A DNA stretch of 64,000 bases, from contig JBQTHU010000117.1 of the NCBI GenBank assembly GCA_052389535.1, positions 10,257 to 74,256 on the forward strand, read 5' to 3'. This document shows, piece after piece, positions 57,263-64,000 of the stretch. Position 1 is the stretch's first letter. Every line of letters starts with the position of its first letter. Below the pieces are notes generated by a model. That model had not been told where the DNA came from and searched no databases. It saw nothing but the letters and a program-made list of their open reading frames with translations. The position numbers and the translations under genes are program-made. This DNA is from Betaproteobacteria bacterium (GTDB taxonomy: Bacteria > Pseudomonadota > Gammaproteobacteria > Burkholderiales > SG8-41).

Positions 57263-58154
57263 CCAGCAGCACGAGGAACATCCACAGCACCAGCGCCCGC
57301 CAGATCAAGCCGACGGCGCTTCTCATGTAATCGACGTCCGCCTCCTCGCCGGTGCCCACCTCGGGGCGCAATTCGCCGGCGTCCGGCAGGCCGCCCGCCC
57401 GGAGTCGCACGCCGATCGCGCCGGCGCCGCTCGACAGGATGATCGCCTGCGAATGCATCGCCCACGACCGGCCCTGGGTGAGCCAGCAATAGACCGCGTC
57501 CTCGAAATTGCCTACGACGGCGAAGCTCGCGGCCGTGGCGCGCGAAGGCAGCCAGTCCAGCCAGAAGAAGAAGCGCTCCGCGAATCTGCCGAAATCGCCG
57601 AATGCGGGATCGATGCGGCCGCCCCACCGATCGGAGAGCATCGCACACGTCCTATAAAGCACGGCGCCGGCCGATCCCAGCACGATGAAGCTCGCGATCG
57701 GGCCGAACACGTGTCGGTGAGCGCTCAACAAGCCCTGCTCGATTGCGACGCGCGATATCTCGCTGCCGCTCGCATCCGCCGCCAGCTCGCCGCGCCACGC
57801 CGCGAGGCAGGCTCGCGCCTCGTCGAGGCGGCCTTCCTGCAGCGCCTGCAGGATCTGCGTATAGGGATGGCTGAACTGGCGGAACCCCACGGTGCAGTAC
57901 AACACTGCGACGTTCCAGCCCCACGCGAGGAGCGGGCTCGCTCGGTAGAGCAGGAACTGGATGACGGCCGCCGCGGCCACCAGCGGCACCACCGCGAGCA
58001 CCCACGCGATGATGCCGTGCTCGCCCCTGCCGCCGTTGAACCGGGTTTCGAGGTGTACGACATAGCGCACGTAGAGCAGGTGCACGGCGTTGCCCGGACG
58101 AAGGGGGCGCAGCTGCTCGAGGAGCAGCGCGGCGATGAGGGACAGGAACGTCAC
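57234..58154 (-). CDS. CobD/CbiB (AmpE-like) family membrane protein (tentative)
   Basis: MTFLSLIAALLLEQLRPL N-terminus and a polytopic profile. It has a GTGA start/stop overlap with the upstream Gre-like gene. Its 3' end overlaps rsgA by 29 nt. Confidence 0.7.
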   Translation of the reverse strand: MTFLSLIAALLLEQLRPLRPGNAVHLLYVRYVVHLETRFNGGRGEHGIIAWVLAVVPLVAAAAVIQFLLYRASPLLAWGWNVAVLYCTVGFRQFSHPYTQILQALQEGRLDEARACLAAWRGELAADASGSEISRVAIEQGLLSAHRHVFGPIASFIVLGSAGAVLYRTCAMLSDRWGGRIDPAFGDFGRFAERFFFWLDWLPSRATAASFAVVGNFEDAVYCWLTQGRSWAMHSQAIILSSGAGAIGVRLRAGGLPDAGELRPEVGTGEEADVDYMRSAVGLIWRALVLWMFLVLLVTVAYALGR

Positions 58155-58663
58155 GAATTCCTGGGATACGAAATGCCGGTGATCTCGACCTCGGTCTCAC
58201 CGGCCGGCCGGCGCCACACCACGACATCGCCGACCCGTGCGCCCATCATCGCTTTCGCGAGCGGCGAGCCCCAGCTGATCCTGCCGGCCGCCACGTCGGC
58301 CTCATCGTCGCCGACGATGCTGAAGCGATGCGCCTTGCCGTGCGCGTCCACGATCGCTACCGCGGCGCCGAAGTGCACTTCTTCGTCGGGCTGTCCGGCC
58401 GGATCGACCACGATGGCCCGCTCGAGCTGCGCCTTGAAGTAGCGCAGGTCGCGCTCGACTTCCCGCACCAGCTGCGTGCCCATGGGATCGCTGGCGGCCT
58501 GCGCGTTGAGGCGCTCGCGCATCTCCTGCAGCTCCCGCACGCGCGCGTGCAGCTGCTCCAGGCCTGCCGGCGTCACGTAGTTGGCGTGCGCGCTGAGCGG
58601 GCGTTCGGGCAACTCGCCGGCAGCAAGCTCCTCGTCGCTTTCCTTAACGAATGCGCGGCTCAT
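58151..58663 (-). CDS. GreA/GreB-family transcription elongation factor homolog
   Basis: N-terminal coiled coil, and a C-terminal ISWGSPLAKAMMGARVGDVV (Gre C-domain signature). Confidence 0.8.
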   Translation of the reverse strand: MSRAFVKESDEELAAGELPERPLSAHANYVTPAGLEQLHARVRELQEMRERLNAQAASDPMGTQLVREVERDLRYFKAQLERAIVVDPAGQPDEEVHFGAAVAIVDAHGKAHRFSIVGDDEADVAAGRISWGSPLAKAMMGARVGDVVVWRRPAGETEVEITGISYPRNS

Positions 58664-58686
58664 GTCGAGACGGTCGGTGAGCCTTC

Positions 58687-58715
58687 TTTATACCGAGTGC
58701 GCCCCGGCCTGGCAA
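58687..58715 (-). promoter_or_regulatory. Sigma-70-type promoter candidate for the Gre-like/CobD-like operon
   Basis: The minus strand reads TTGCCA, a 17-nt spacer, then TATAAA. The element ends about 24 nt upstream of ATG 58663. Confidence 0.4.
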
Positions 58716-58775
58716 CCTTCGCAAGGCAAGCCGCGTGACTCGTGCCCCCGGGGGAAGTTCCGCAATCAGCCGCGC

Positions 58776-59921
58776 TCAGGAGCAGCCCAGAAAGGTCAGC
58801 AGATCGTCCTTGCGCGCCATCGTGTCCTGGTAGCCGAGCTGGATCAGGGCGCGGCAGTACGACTTCTCGAACAGGAGGTACGACAGCAGATTGGAGCCGC
58901 TCTGACGCATCGCGCCGACGCGGGCGAGCAGGATCCGGATGGTGCGCGGCAGCTCGTGCGCGTAACGTACCGCGATGCGCTCGAGCTCCACGCTCGGCGA
59001 AAGCAGCCGAAACTCCACGTGCTGCAACGGATAGGCGGTGCTCTCCAGCACCTGGGGCGGAATCAGCTCGACCGTCCGGTTGATGCGCTGCAGGCGCTCG
59101 AGGTCGGTCTCCAGACTATCGAGAAAGATGCTGTTCAGCGCGTGGCCGGCTATCTGCGCAAGCGACGGATGCGTCTCGATCTTAGCCCGCTCCACCTCGC
59201 GCCCCCCGAGCTGGCGCCCCACGCCTATCACGAGCAGCCGGTTGGCCCCGAGATGCAGCGCCGGGCTCACCGGCGCGATTTGCCGCATGGAGCCGTCGCC
59301 GAAGTACTCGCGATTGATGTGCACCGGCGGAAAGATGAATGGAAGCGCGCTCGAGGCGAGCAGATGCTCGAGCGCGATCGGCATGGCGAAACCGATGCGC
59401 CGCGCCCGCTTCCACGGCTGCAGCTCGGACCGGCCCTGGAAGAACGTGACCGATTGTCCCGACGTGTATCCGGAGCAGGTGACGCTGAACGCCGTCAGGT
59501 CGCCGCGCTCGATACAGTGCGGGATGGCGGAGAAGTCGAGATAGCGCTCGAGCAGCCCGGCCAGCGGCGTATTGTCGAGCAGCGAGACGGGGCTCCGCGC
59601 GAACGCGCCGCCCGTCAGCGCGGTAAAGATCCAGCGCAGGCTGTTGTGCGCCGCGCCGAGCGGGTCCGCGCGATACACGTGATGGACGTGAAAGTTCTTC
59701 CATACGGTCATGAGCTGCCGCACGGCACGACGGAAGTCCCCGGCGTTGGCGGCGAGCACCGCGGCGTTGATCGCACCCGCTGAAGTGCCGCAGATGATGG
59801 GAAAGGGGCTGTTCGCGGTGCGCGGCAGGACTTCGGAGAGCGCCTGGAGCACGCCGACCTGATAGGCGGCTCGCGCTCCGCCTCCGGTCATGATGAGCCC
59901 GATGGTCGGCGCCCGGCTCAC
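58776..59921 (-). CDS. Patatin-like phospholipase
   Basis: GLIMTGGGARAAYQVG (oxyanion GGxR) and the GTSAG nucleophile elbow. The third conserved patatin motif (catalytic Asp, DGG/DGA type) was not located by eye. Confidence 0.85.
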   Translation of the reverse strand: MSRAPTIGLIMTGGGARAAYQVGVLQALSEVLPRTANSPFPIICGTSAGAINAAVLAANAGDFRRAVRQLMTVWKNFHVHHVYRADPLGAAHNSLRWIFTALTGGAFARSPVSLLDNTPLAGLLERYLDFSAIPHCIERGDLTAFSVTCSGYTSGQSVTFFQGRSELQPWKRARRIGFAMPIALEHLLASSALPFIFPPVHINREYFGDGSMRQIAPVSPALHLGANRLLVIGVGRQLGGREVERAKIETHPSLAQIAGHALNSIFLDSLETDLERLQRINRTVELIPPQVLESTAYPLQHVEFRLLSPSVELERIAVRYAHELPRTIRILLARVGAMRQSGSNLLSYLLFEKSYCRALIQLGYQDTMARKDDLLTFLGCS

Positions 59922-60048
59922 GGCGCGGCCGCTCCGCGTCCGGACTTCGCTGGCATGGGGCGCCCGCTGTTATTGTTGTCCAACTGCCCTCCCCGCAGTA
60001 GAGAAACTCATGGTGCCACAACGCCTGCGCGGCTACCACACCACGCCA

Positions 60049-60390
60049 TCAGTTGAGCATGCGCCTGTCCACCGCGATGCCGCCATGCGGCTCGAGATAG
60101 AGCGCCTGCACCATGGCGCCTACGAGCGTCACGCTGCCCGCGAGCCGGTTGTTGCCGGTATCGCTGAACTCGAAGCGGTAGACCCGCCGCAGCGCGATCC
60201 TGCCGTTTTCGTTGCGCTGCAGGCGCAGTCCCGCGAGCGCCACCGTGTCGTCGAGCAGTTGCACGTTCTCCGCGATGCAGGCGCGCCGCGCGGCGTCCAC
60301 CGCGGCCTCCCGGCGCGCGAGGCTGTCGTACCAGAACCAGGCGACGACGCCGAGCGACGCTATTGCGGCGAACTCGAAGAGGTAAGGCAT
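60049..60390 (-). CDS. DUF3301-like small membrane protein (family name from memory)
   Basis: The start is MPYLFEFAAIASLGVVAWFWY (TM). QLLDDTVAL...YRFEFS is also present. Its start shares one base with the Nudix stop (TGATG). Confidence 0.7.
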   Translation of the reverse strand: MPYLFEFAAIASLGVVAWFWYDSLARREAAVDAARRACIAENVQLLDDTVALAGLRLQRNENGRIALRRVYRFEFSDTGNNRLAGSVTLVGAMVQALYLEPHGGIAVDRRMLN

Positions 60391-61127
60391 CAATCCTGCA
60401 GCATGCGGCAGAGGCTGTAGAGTATGCCGGCGGTCGCGCCCCAGATGTAGCGCCCCTCGTAGGGGATCGCCATGTAATGGCGGTGGCGCCCGCGGAAGTG
60501 GTACTGCCGCCGCTGGTAGTGGGCGGCATCGAGAAAGTACGCGAGCGGCGCCTCGAATACGGCTTCCACCTCGAACGGATCGAGCGTGAGATCGAAGGAC
60601 GGCTCGATCCACCCGACCACCGGCGTGATGCGGAATCCCGATGGAATCTCGTAGTCGGGCAGACGACCGAGCACCCGCACGCGGGCGCGCTCGAGGCCGA
60701 TCTCCTCCCCGGTCTCGCGCAGCGCGGTGTCATCCCGCGAGGCGTCCCCGGGCTCCACCCGCCCCCCGGGGAAACTGATCTGGCCGGCATGGTCCGCCAG
60801 GTGTGCCGTGCGTTGGGTGAAGAGGACGCTGGGGTGCGACCCCCGGCATACCAGCGGCACCAGCACGGCGGCGTCGGTGACGCGGGTGCCCTCGGCCAGC
60901 GCCATGACATGCAGGTCGTCCGGGTCGGGCGGCGGCGCCGGGCGTGCCAGGCGCTGCACGATGGTCTCGCGCGAAGGGTGGAATATCCGGCGGACCGAGG
61001 GTGTTAGTGGCGTTGTAGCCAAGTGAATCAGGAATATGCCTTGCCGCAATTGTACCTGCGCTGTCGCCGGACGGCACGGCACAGGGATTGCACCCGTGGT
61101 TGTGTGGGGCGTTCGCACGGCATACAC
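60390..61127 (-). CDS. Nudix hydrolase, CoA pyrophosphatase (NudL-like)
   Basis: VLFTQRTAHLADHAGQISFPGG together with the Nudix box GRVEPGD...ALRETGEEIGL. The start is uncertain and the ORF may begin downstream of 61127. Confidence 0.8.
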   Translation of the reverse strand: MYAVRTPHTTTGAIPVPCRPATAQVQLRQGIFLIHLATTPLTPSVRRIFHPSRETIVQRLARPAPPPDPDDLHVMALAEGTRVTDAAVLVPLVCRGSHPSVLFTQRTAHLADHAGQISFPGGRVEPGDASRDDTALRETGEEIGLERARVRVLGRLPDYEIPSGFRITPVVGWIEPSFDLTLDPFEVEAVFEAPLAYFLDAAHYQRRQYHFRGRHRHYMAIPYEGRYIWGATAGILYSLCRMLQD

Positions 61128-61172
61128 TAGCGGGCCGCAGCCCGGTTGAACCTTTCAAGAGAGGAGTACTAC

Positions 61173-61418
61173 ATGAAGATCAGCAGTCTCATCGTAGCTT
61201 GCGCTTTTGCCATTGCCAGCAGCACCGCATTCGCCGGCACCTGCCCGAAACACATGAAGTCTATCGATGCCGCGCTCGCCAAGAATCCGAAGCTGACCGA
61301 GCAGCAGATGTCAGACGTGAAGAAACACCGCGCCGACGGCGAGAAACTGCACAAGGAAGGCAAGCACGGCGAATCGTTGGAGGCGCTTGCCAAAGCCGAA
61401 AAAATCCTCGGCATTTAG
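61173..61418 (+). CDS. Small secreted protein (81 aa), unknown function
   Basis: SD GAGAGGAG, signal peptide MKISSLIVACAFAIASSTAFAG, and a Lys/Glu/His-rich helical mature part. Local GC is lower than in the flanks. Confidence 0.6.
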   Translation: MKISSLIVACAFAIASSTAFAGTCPKHMKSIDAALAKNPKLTEQQMSDVKKHRADGEKLHKEGKHGESLEALAKAEKILGI

Positions 61419-61432
61419 CAGCGACATCTCCT

Positions 61433-61465
61433 AAAAATCCCCGCCCTGCGGCGGGGATTTTTTTC
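61433..61465. terminator. Bidirectional intrinsic terminator
   Basis: The sequence is AAAAA, then a 9-bp stem atccccgcc/ggcggggat with a ctgc loop, then TTTTTT. It lies between convergent genes. Confidence 0.8.
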
Positions 61466-61472
61466 TGCGCCC

Positions 61473-62177
61473 TCACCACGCGATCGGTAGGCGGTCGCGG
61501 AAGAAACCGCCTGTGGGCCCCTCATCGGGCAGCGTAGCGAGCCACACCGCGGTATCGGCCGCCTGCTCGACGGTGCGCGGGGCGTCGGGACCGCCCATGT
61601 CGGTTCTGACCCAGCCCGGGCACATCGCGTTTACCAGAATGCCGCTGCCCTTCAGTTCCGCAGCAAGGGTGCGGGTGAGCGCGTTGAGCGCCGTCTTCGA
61701 CACGCGATAGGCCGGCGTCCCCTCCCCCATGTCGGCGAGCTGTCCCTGGCCGCTCGACAGATTCACGATGCGCCCGTAGCCGCTCCTCTTCATCAACGGC
61801 ACGAACGCCTGCATCAGCTGCAACGGCCCGAGCAGGTTGGTCTCCAGCGTGTCGCGGAAGGTCTTCACCTTCGCGTCCAGCACCCGCGACCCGCGCGGGT
61901 CGAGCATGACGCCGGCATTGTTGACCAGCACGTCGATCCGTCCGTAGCGTTCCGCCACGTGCGCCGCGAGCGCCTTGATGCTGACCGGGCTCGTCACGTC
62001 GAGCAAGTGGTACTGGACTTCGGTTCCGCCCTCGCCCAGCGCCTTGATCGCGGACCGGCCCTTGGCGGCGCTGCGGCTGGTCAGTATCACTTTCAGCCCC
62101 TTGCGCACGAGCTGACGGCAGATCTCCAGCCCGATGCCGCGATTGGCGCCGGTAACGACAGCGATGCGCGGGTCCAC
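61473..62177 (-). CDS. Short-chain dehydrogenase/reductase
   Basis: Only the last 235 codons of the 431-aa ORF are protein-like. The GTG start at 62177 is 8 nt after the fumC stop. IAVVTGANRGIG, NNAGV and YRVSK motifs are present. Confidence 0.8.
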   Translation of the reverse strand: MDPRIAVVTGANRGIGLEICRQLVRKGLKVILTSRSAAKGRSAIKALGEGGTEVQYHLLDVTSPVSIKALAAHVAERYGRIDVLVNNAGVMLDPRGSRVLDAKVKTFRDTLETNLLGPLQLMQAFVPLMKRSGYGRIVNLSSGQGQLADMGEGTPAYRVSKTALNALTRTLAAELKGSGILVNAMCPGWVRTDMGGPDAPRTVEQAADTAVWLATLPDEGPTGGFFRDRLPIAW

Positions 62178-62185
62178 GATGGCGC

Positions 62186-63580
62186 TCAGATCCTGCCGAC
62201 CATGTCTTCCGGCCGGACCCACTGATCGAACTGCTCGGCCGTCAGGTGTCCCAGCTCCAGCGCCGACTGCTTGAGGGTGATCCCCTTCTTGTGCGCGTTC
62301 TTGGCGATCGCCGCGGCCTTTTCGTAACCGATGTGCGGATTGAGCGCCGTGACCAGCATGAGGGATTCCTGCATCAGCTTGTGTATGCGCTCGGTGTCGG
62401 GCTCGATGCCGGCCGCGCAGTGCTCGTCGAAATTGGCGCACGCGCTGGCGAGCAGGTGCGCGCTGTGCAGGAAGTTGCGGATCACGAGCGGCCGGAACAC
62501 GTTCAACTCGAAGTTGCCGGACGCCCCGCCCAAGTTGATTGCAACGTCGTTCCCGAACACCTGGCAGCAGACCATGGTCATCGACTCGGACTGCGTGGGA
62601 TTGACCTTGCCCGGCATGATCGAGCTGCCCGGCTCGTTCTCCGGGATGCTGATCTCGCCGATGCCGCAGCGCGGCCCGCTCGCAAGCCAGCGGATATCGT
62701 TGGCGATCTTCATGAGCGAGGCCGCCAGCGTCTTCAATGCGCCGTGCGCGTGCACGACGCCGTCGCACGTCGCGAGCGCTTCGAACTTGTTGGGTGCGGT
62801 GACGAACGGCAGCCCGGTCAGCTTCGCGAGTTCAGCGGCGACCTTCACGGCGAATTCGGGATGCGCGTTGAGGCCGGTGCCGACCGCCGTGCCGCCGAGC
62901 GCGAGTTCGTAGAGATGCGGAAGCGCGCCCGCGACGTGATTGAGCCCGTGGTCGAGCTGCGCGACGTAGCCCGAAAATTCCTGGCCCAGCGTGAGCGGCG
63001 TCGCGTCCTGGAGGTGGGTGCGCCCGATCTTGACGATGCGCATGTAATCGCGCGACTTCCGGTTGAGCGTGTCACGCAGGCGCCGGACAGCGGGCGTGAG
63101 TTTGCGCTCGAGCGCGATCACCGCCGCGACGTGCATGGCGGTCGGGAACGTATCGTTCGAGGACTGCCCCTTGTTGACGTCGTCGTTCGGGTGCACCAGA
63201 CGCGCTTCGCCGCGCTCGCCGCCCATCAGCTCCGAGGCGCGGTTCGCGAGCACCTCGTTCACGTTCATGTTGGTCTGCGTGCCCGAGCCGGTCTGCCACG
63301 TGACGAGCGGAAATTCGCCGTCGAGCGCGCCGCCAAGCGCCTCGTCCGCCGCCTTGACGATCGCCTCGCCTTTGCTGCGATCGAGCGCGCCGAGCGCCAT
63401 GTTGACCAGCGCGGAGGCCTTCTTGACCAGGATCTGGGCGTGCACCACCTCGAGCGGCATGGTCTCGCCGGGAAACACGAAATGGTGCAGGCTGCGCTGC
63501 GTCTGCGCCCCCCACAGCCGGTCGGCAGGCACCTCGATGTCGCCCATCGTGTCGCGTTCGATACGCACGTTCTTCGCCAT
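62186..63580 (-). CDS. fumC: Class II fumarate hydratase
   Basis: [13 protein letters not shown] signature. 464 aa, FumC-like throughout. Confidence 0.97.
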   Translation of the reverse strand: MAKNVRIERDTMGDIEVPADRLWGAQTQRSLHHFVFPGETMPLEVVHAQILVKKASALVNMALGALDRSKGEAIVKAADEALGGALDGEFPLVTWQTGSGTQTNMNVNEVLANRASELMGGERGEARLVHPNDDVNKGQSSNDTFPTAMHVAAVIALERKLTPAVRRLRDTLNRKSRDYMRIVKIGRTHLQDATPLTLGQEFSGYVAQLDHGLNHVAGALPHLYELALGGTAVGTGLNAHPEFAVKVAAELAKLTGLPFVTAPNKFEALATCDGVVHAHGALKTLAASLMKIANDIRWLASGPRCGIGEISIPENEPGSSIMPGKVNPTQSESMTMVCCQVFGNDVAINLGGASGNFELNVFRPLVIRNFLHSAHLLASACANFDEHCAAGIEPDTERIHKLMQESLMLVTALNPHIGYEKAAAIAKNAHKKGITLKQSALELGHLTAEQFDQWVRPEDMVGRI

Positions 63581-63589
63581 GAGTTTCCT

Positions 63590-64000
63590 TTACAGCAGCC
63601 GTTTCTGTTCGCCGCGCTGGCTGATCGCGTCCACCACCGTGAGTGCCGTCATGTTGACGATGCGCCGCACCGTCGCGCTGGGAGTCATGATATGCACGGG
63701 GCGCGCTGCGCCGAGCAGGATCGGCCCGACGGTGAGTCCGTCGCCGGCCGCGGTCTTGAGCAGGTTGAAGGCGATGTTAGCCGCATCGAGCGTCGGCATG
63801 ACGAGCAGGTTGGCCTCGCCCTTCAAGCGCGAGGACGGAAACACCCGCATGCGGATTTCCTCCGAGAGCGCGGCATCACCCTGCATTTCGCCTTCGATCT
63901 CCAGCCCGGGCGCGAGTTCTTCGATGATCGCGAGCGCCGCACGCATCTTGCGGGCCGACGGCGTGTCGGCTGCGCCGAAGCTCGAATGGGACAGCAACGC
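63590..64000 (-). CDS. C-terminal phosphate-acetyltransferase-like domain of a malic enzyme (MaeB type) or Pta; 5' part outside window
   Basis: LLSHSSFG...EGEMQGDAAL...ANLLVMPTLDAANIAFNLLK is typical of the PTA_PTB domain. The ORF is open to the window edge. Confidence 0.8.
   Translation of the reverse strand, partial: ALLSHSSFGAADTPSARKMRAALAIIEELAPGLEIEGEMQGDAALSEEIRMRVFPSSRLKGEANLLVMPTLDAANIAFNLLKTAAGDGLTVGPILLGAARPVHIMTPSATVRRIVNMTALTVVDAISQRGEQKRLL

Noticed and set aside
60005-60020. Perfect TGGCAC on the minus strand upstream of the patatin gene.
   Set aside because: The -12 position reads GTTTC rather than TTGC, so it is not a functional-looking -24/-12 pair.
1-64000. Search for rRNA, tRNA, CRISPR arrays, IS elements, integrases, phage or plasmid genes, and toxin-antitoxin pairs.
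   Set aside because: Inspection of the intergenic regions found no cloverleaf-like or rRNA-like segment and no regularly spaced repeat array. No transposase, integrase or recombinase signature appeared in any ORF. The scan was by eye, so short or degenerate elements could have been missed.

Overview
This is a gene-dense, high-GC chromosomal segment (about two-thirds G+C by eye, not computed). The gene content (Bug/TctC-type binding protein, fdxA, trxA-rho...rpmE, pgi, orn, rsgA, fumC) suggests a betaproteobacterium. I support about 66 CDS. I found no rRNA, tRNA, CRISPR array, transposase or integrase. Because of the GC content, many long ORFs in the six-frame track are antisense or off-frame artefacts, and many real genes start at internal ATG/GTG codons; I re-derived those starts by codon counting.

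Layout:
- 1-15.1 kb: a convergent glycoconjugate locus. The plus block is ugd, GT2, PIG-L deacetylase, GT2. The minus block is a translationally coupled operon (GT1, SDR, GmhB-like phosphatase, GT9, carbamoyltransferase, GT9, GT1, UDP-xylose synthase) ending in an ATM1-type ABC exporter fused to a degenerate histidine-kinase ATPase domain and a receiver domain.
- 15.1-17.0 kb: a bacterial-metallothionein::SDR fusion and a hemerythrin. Together with the glycan operon, each is preceded by a related -24/-12 (sigma-54-type) motif.
- 17-27 kb: mixed metabolism, an SRAP peptidase, a divergent Hfq-like protein with Lys-rich tails, and a Spy/CpxP-like protein.
- 27-33.6 kb: a DksA-like protein, an unknown two-TM protein and an MFS transporter, divergent from prkA-yeaH-spoVR across a 693-bp repeat-containing intergenic region.
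- 33.6-40 kb: enolase-superfamily protein, glucan phosphorylase, SDR, TauD and an ankyrin protein.
- 40-64 kb: housekeeping genes plus a TRAP transporter, an orphan ArnT-like GT39 and tandem DUF2846-like lipoproteins.

The strongest candidates for new biology are the ABC-pseudokinase-receiver fusion, the sigma-54-type motif triad linking the glycan operon, the metallothionein-SDR and the hemerythrin, and the metallothionein-SDR fusion itself. All family assignments come from reading motifs by eye; no database search was possible.
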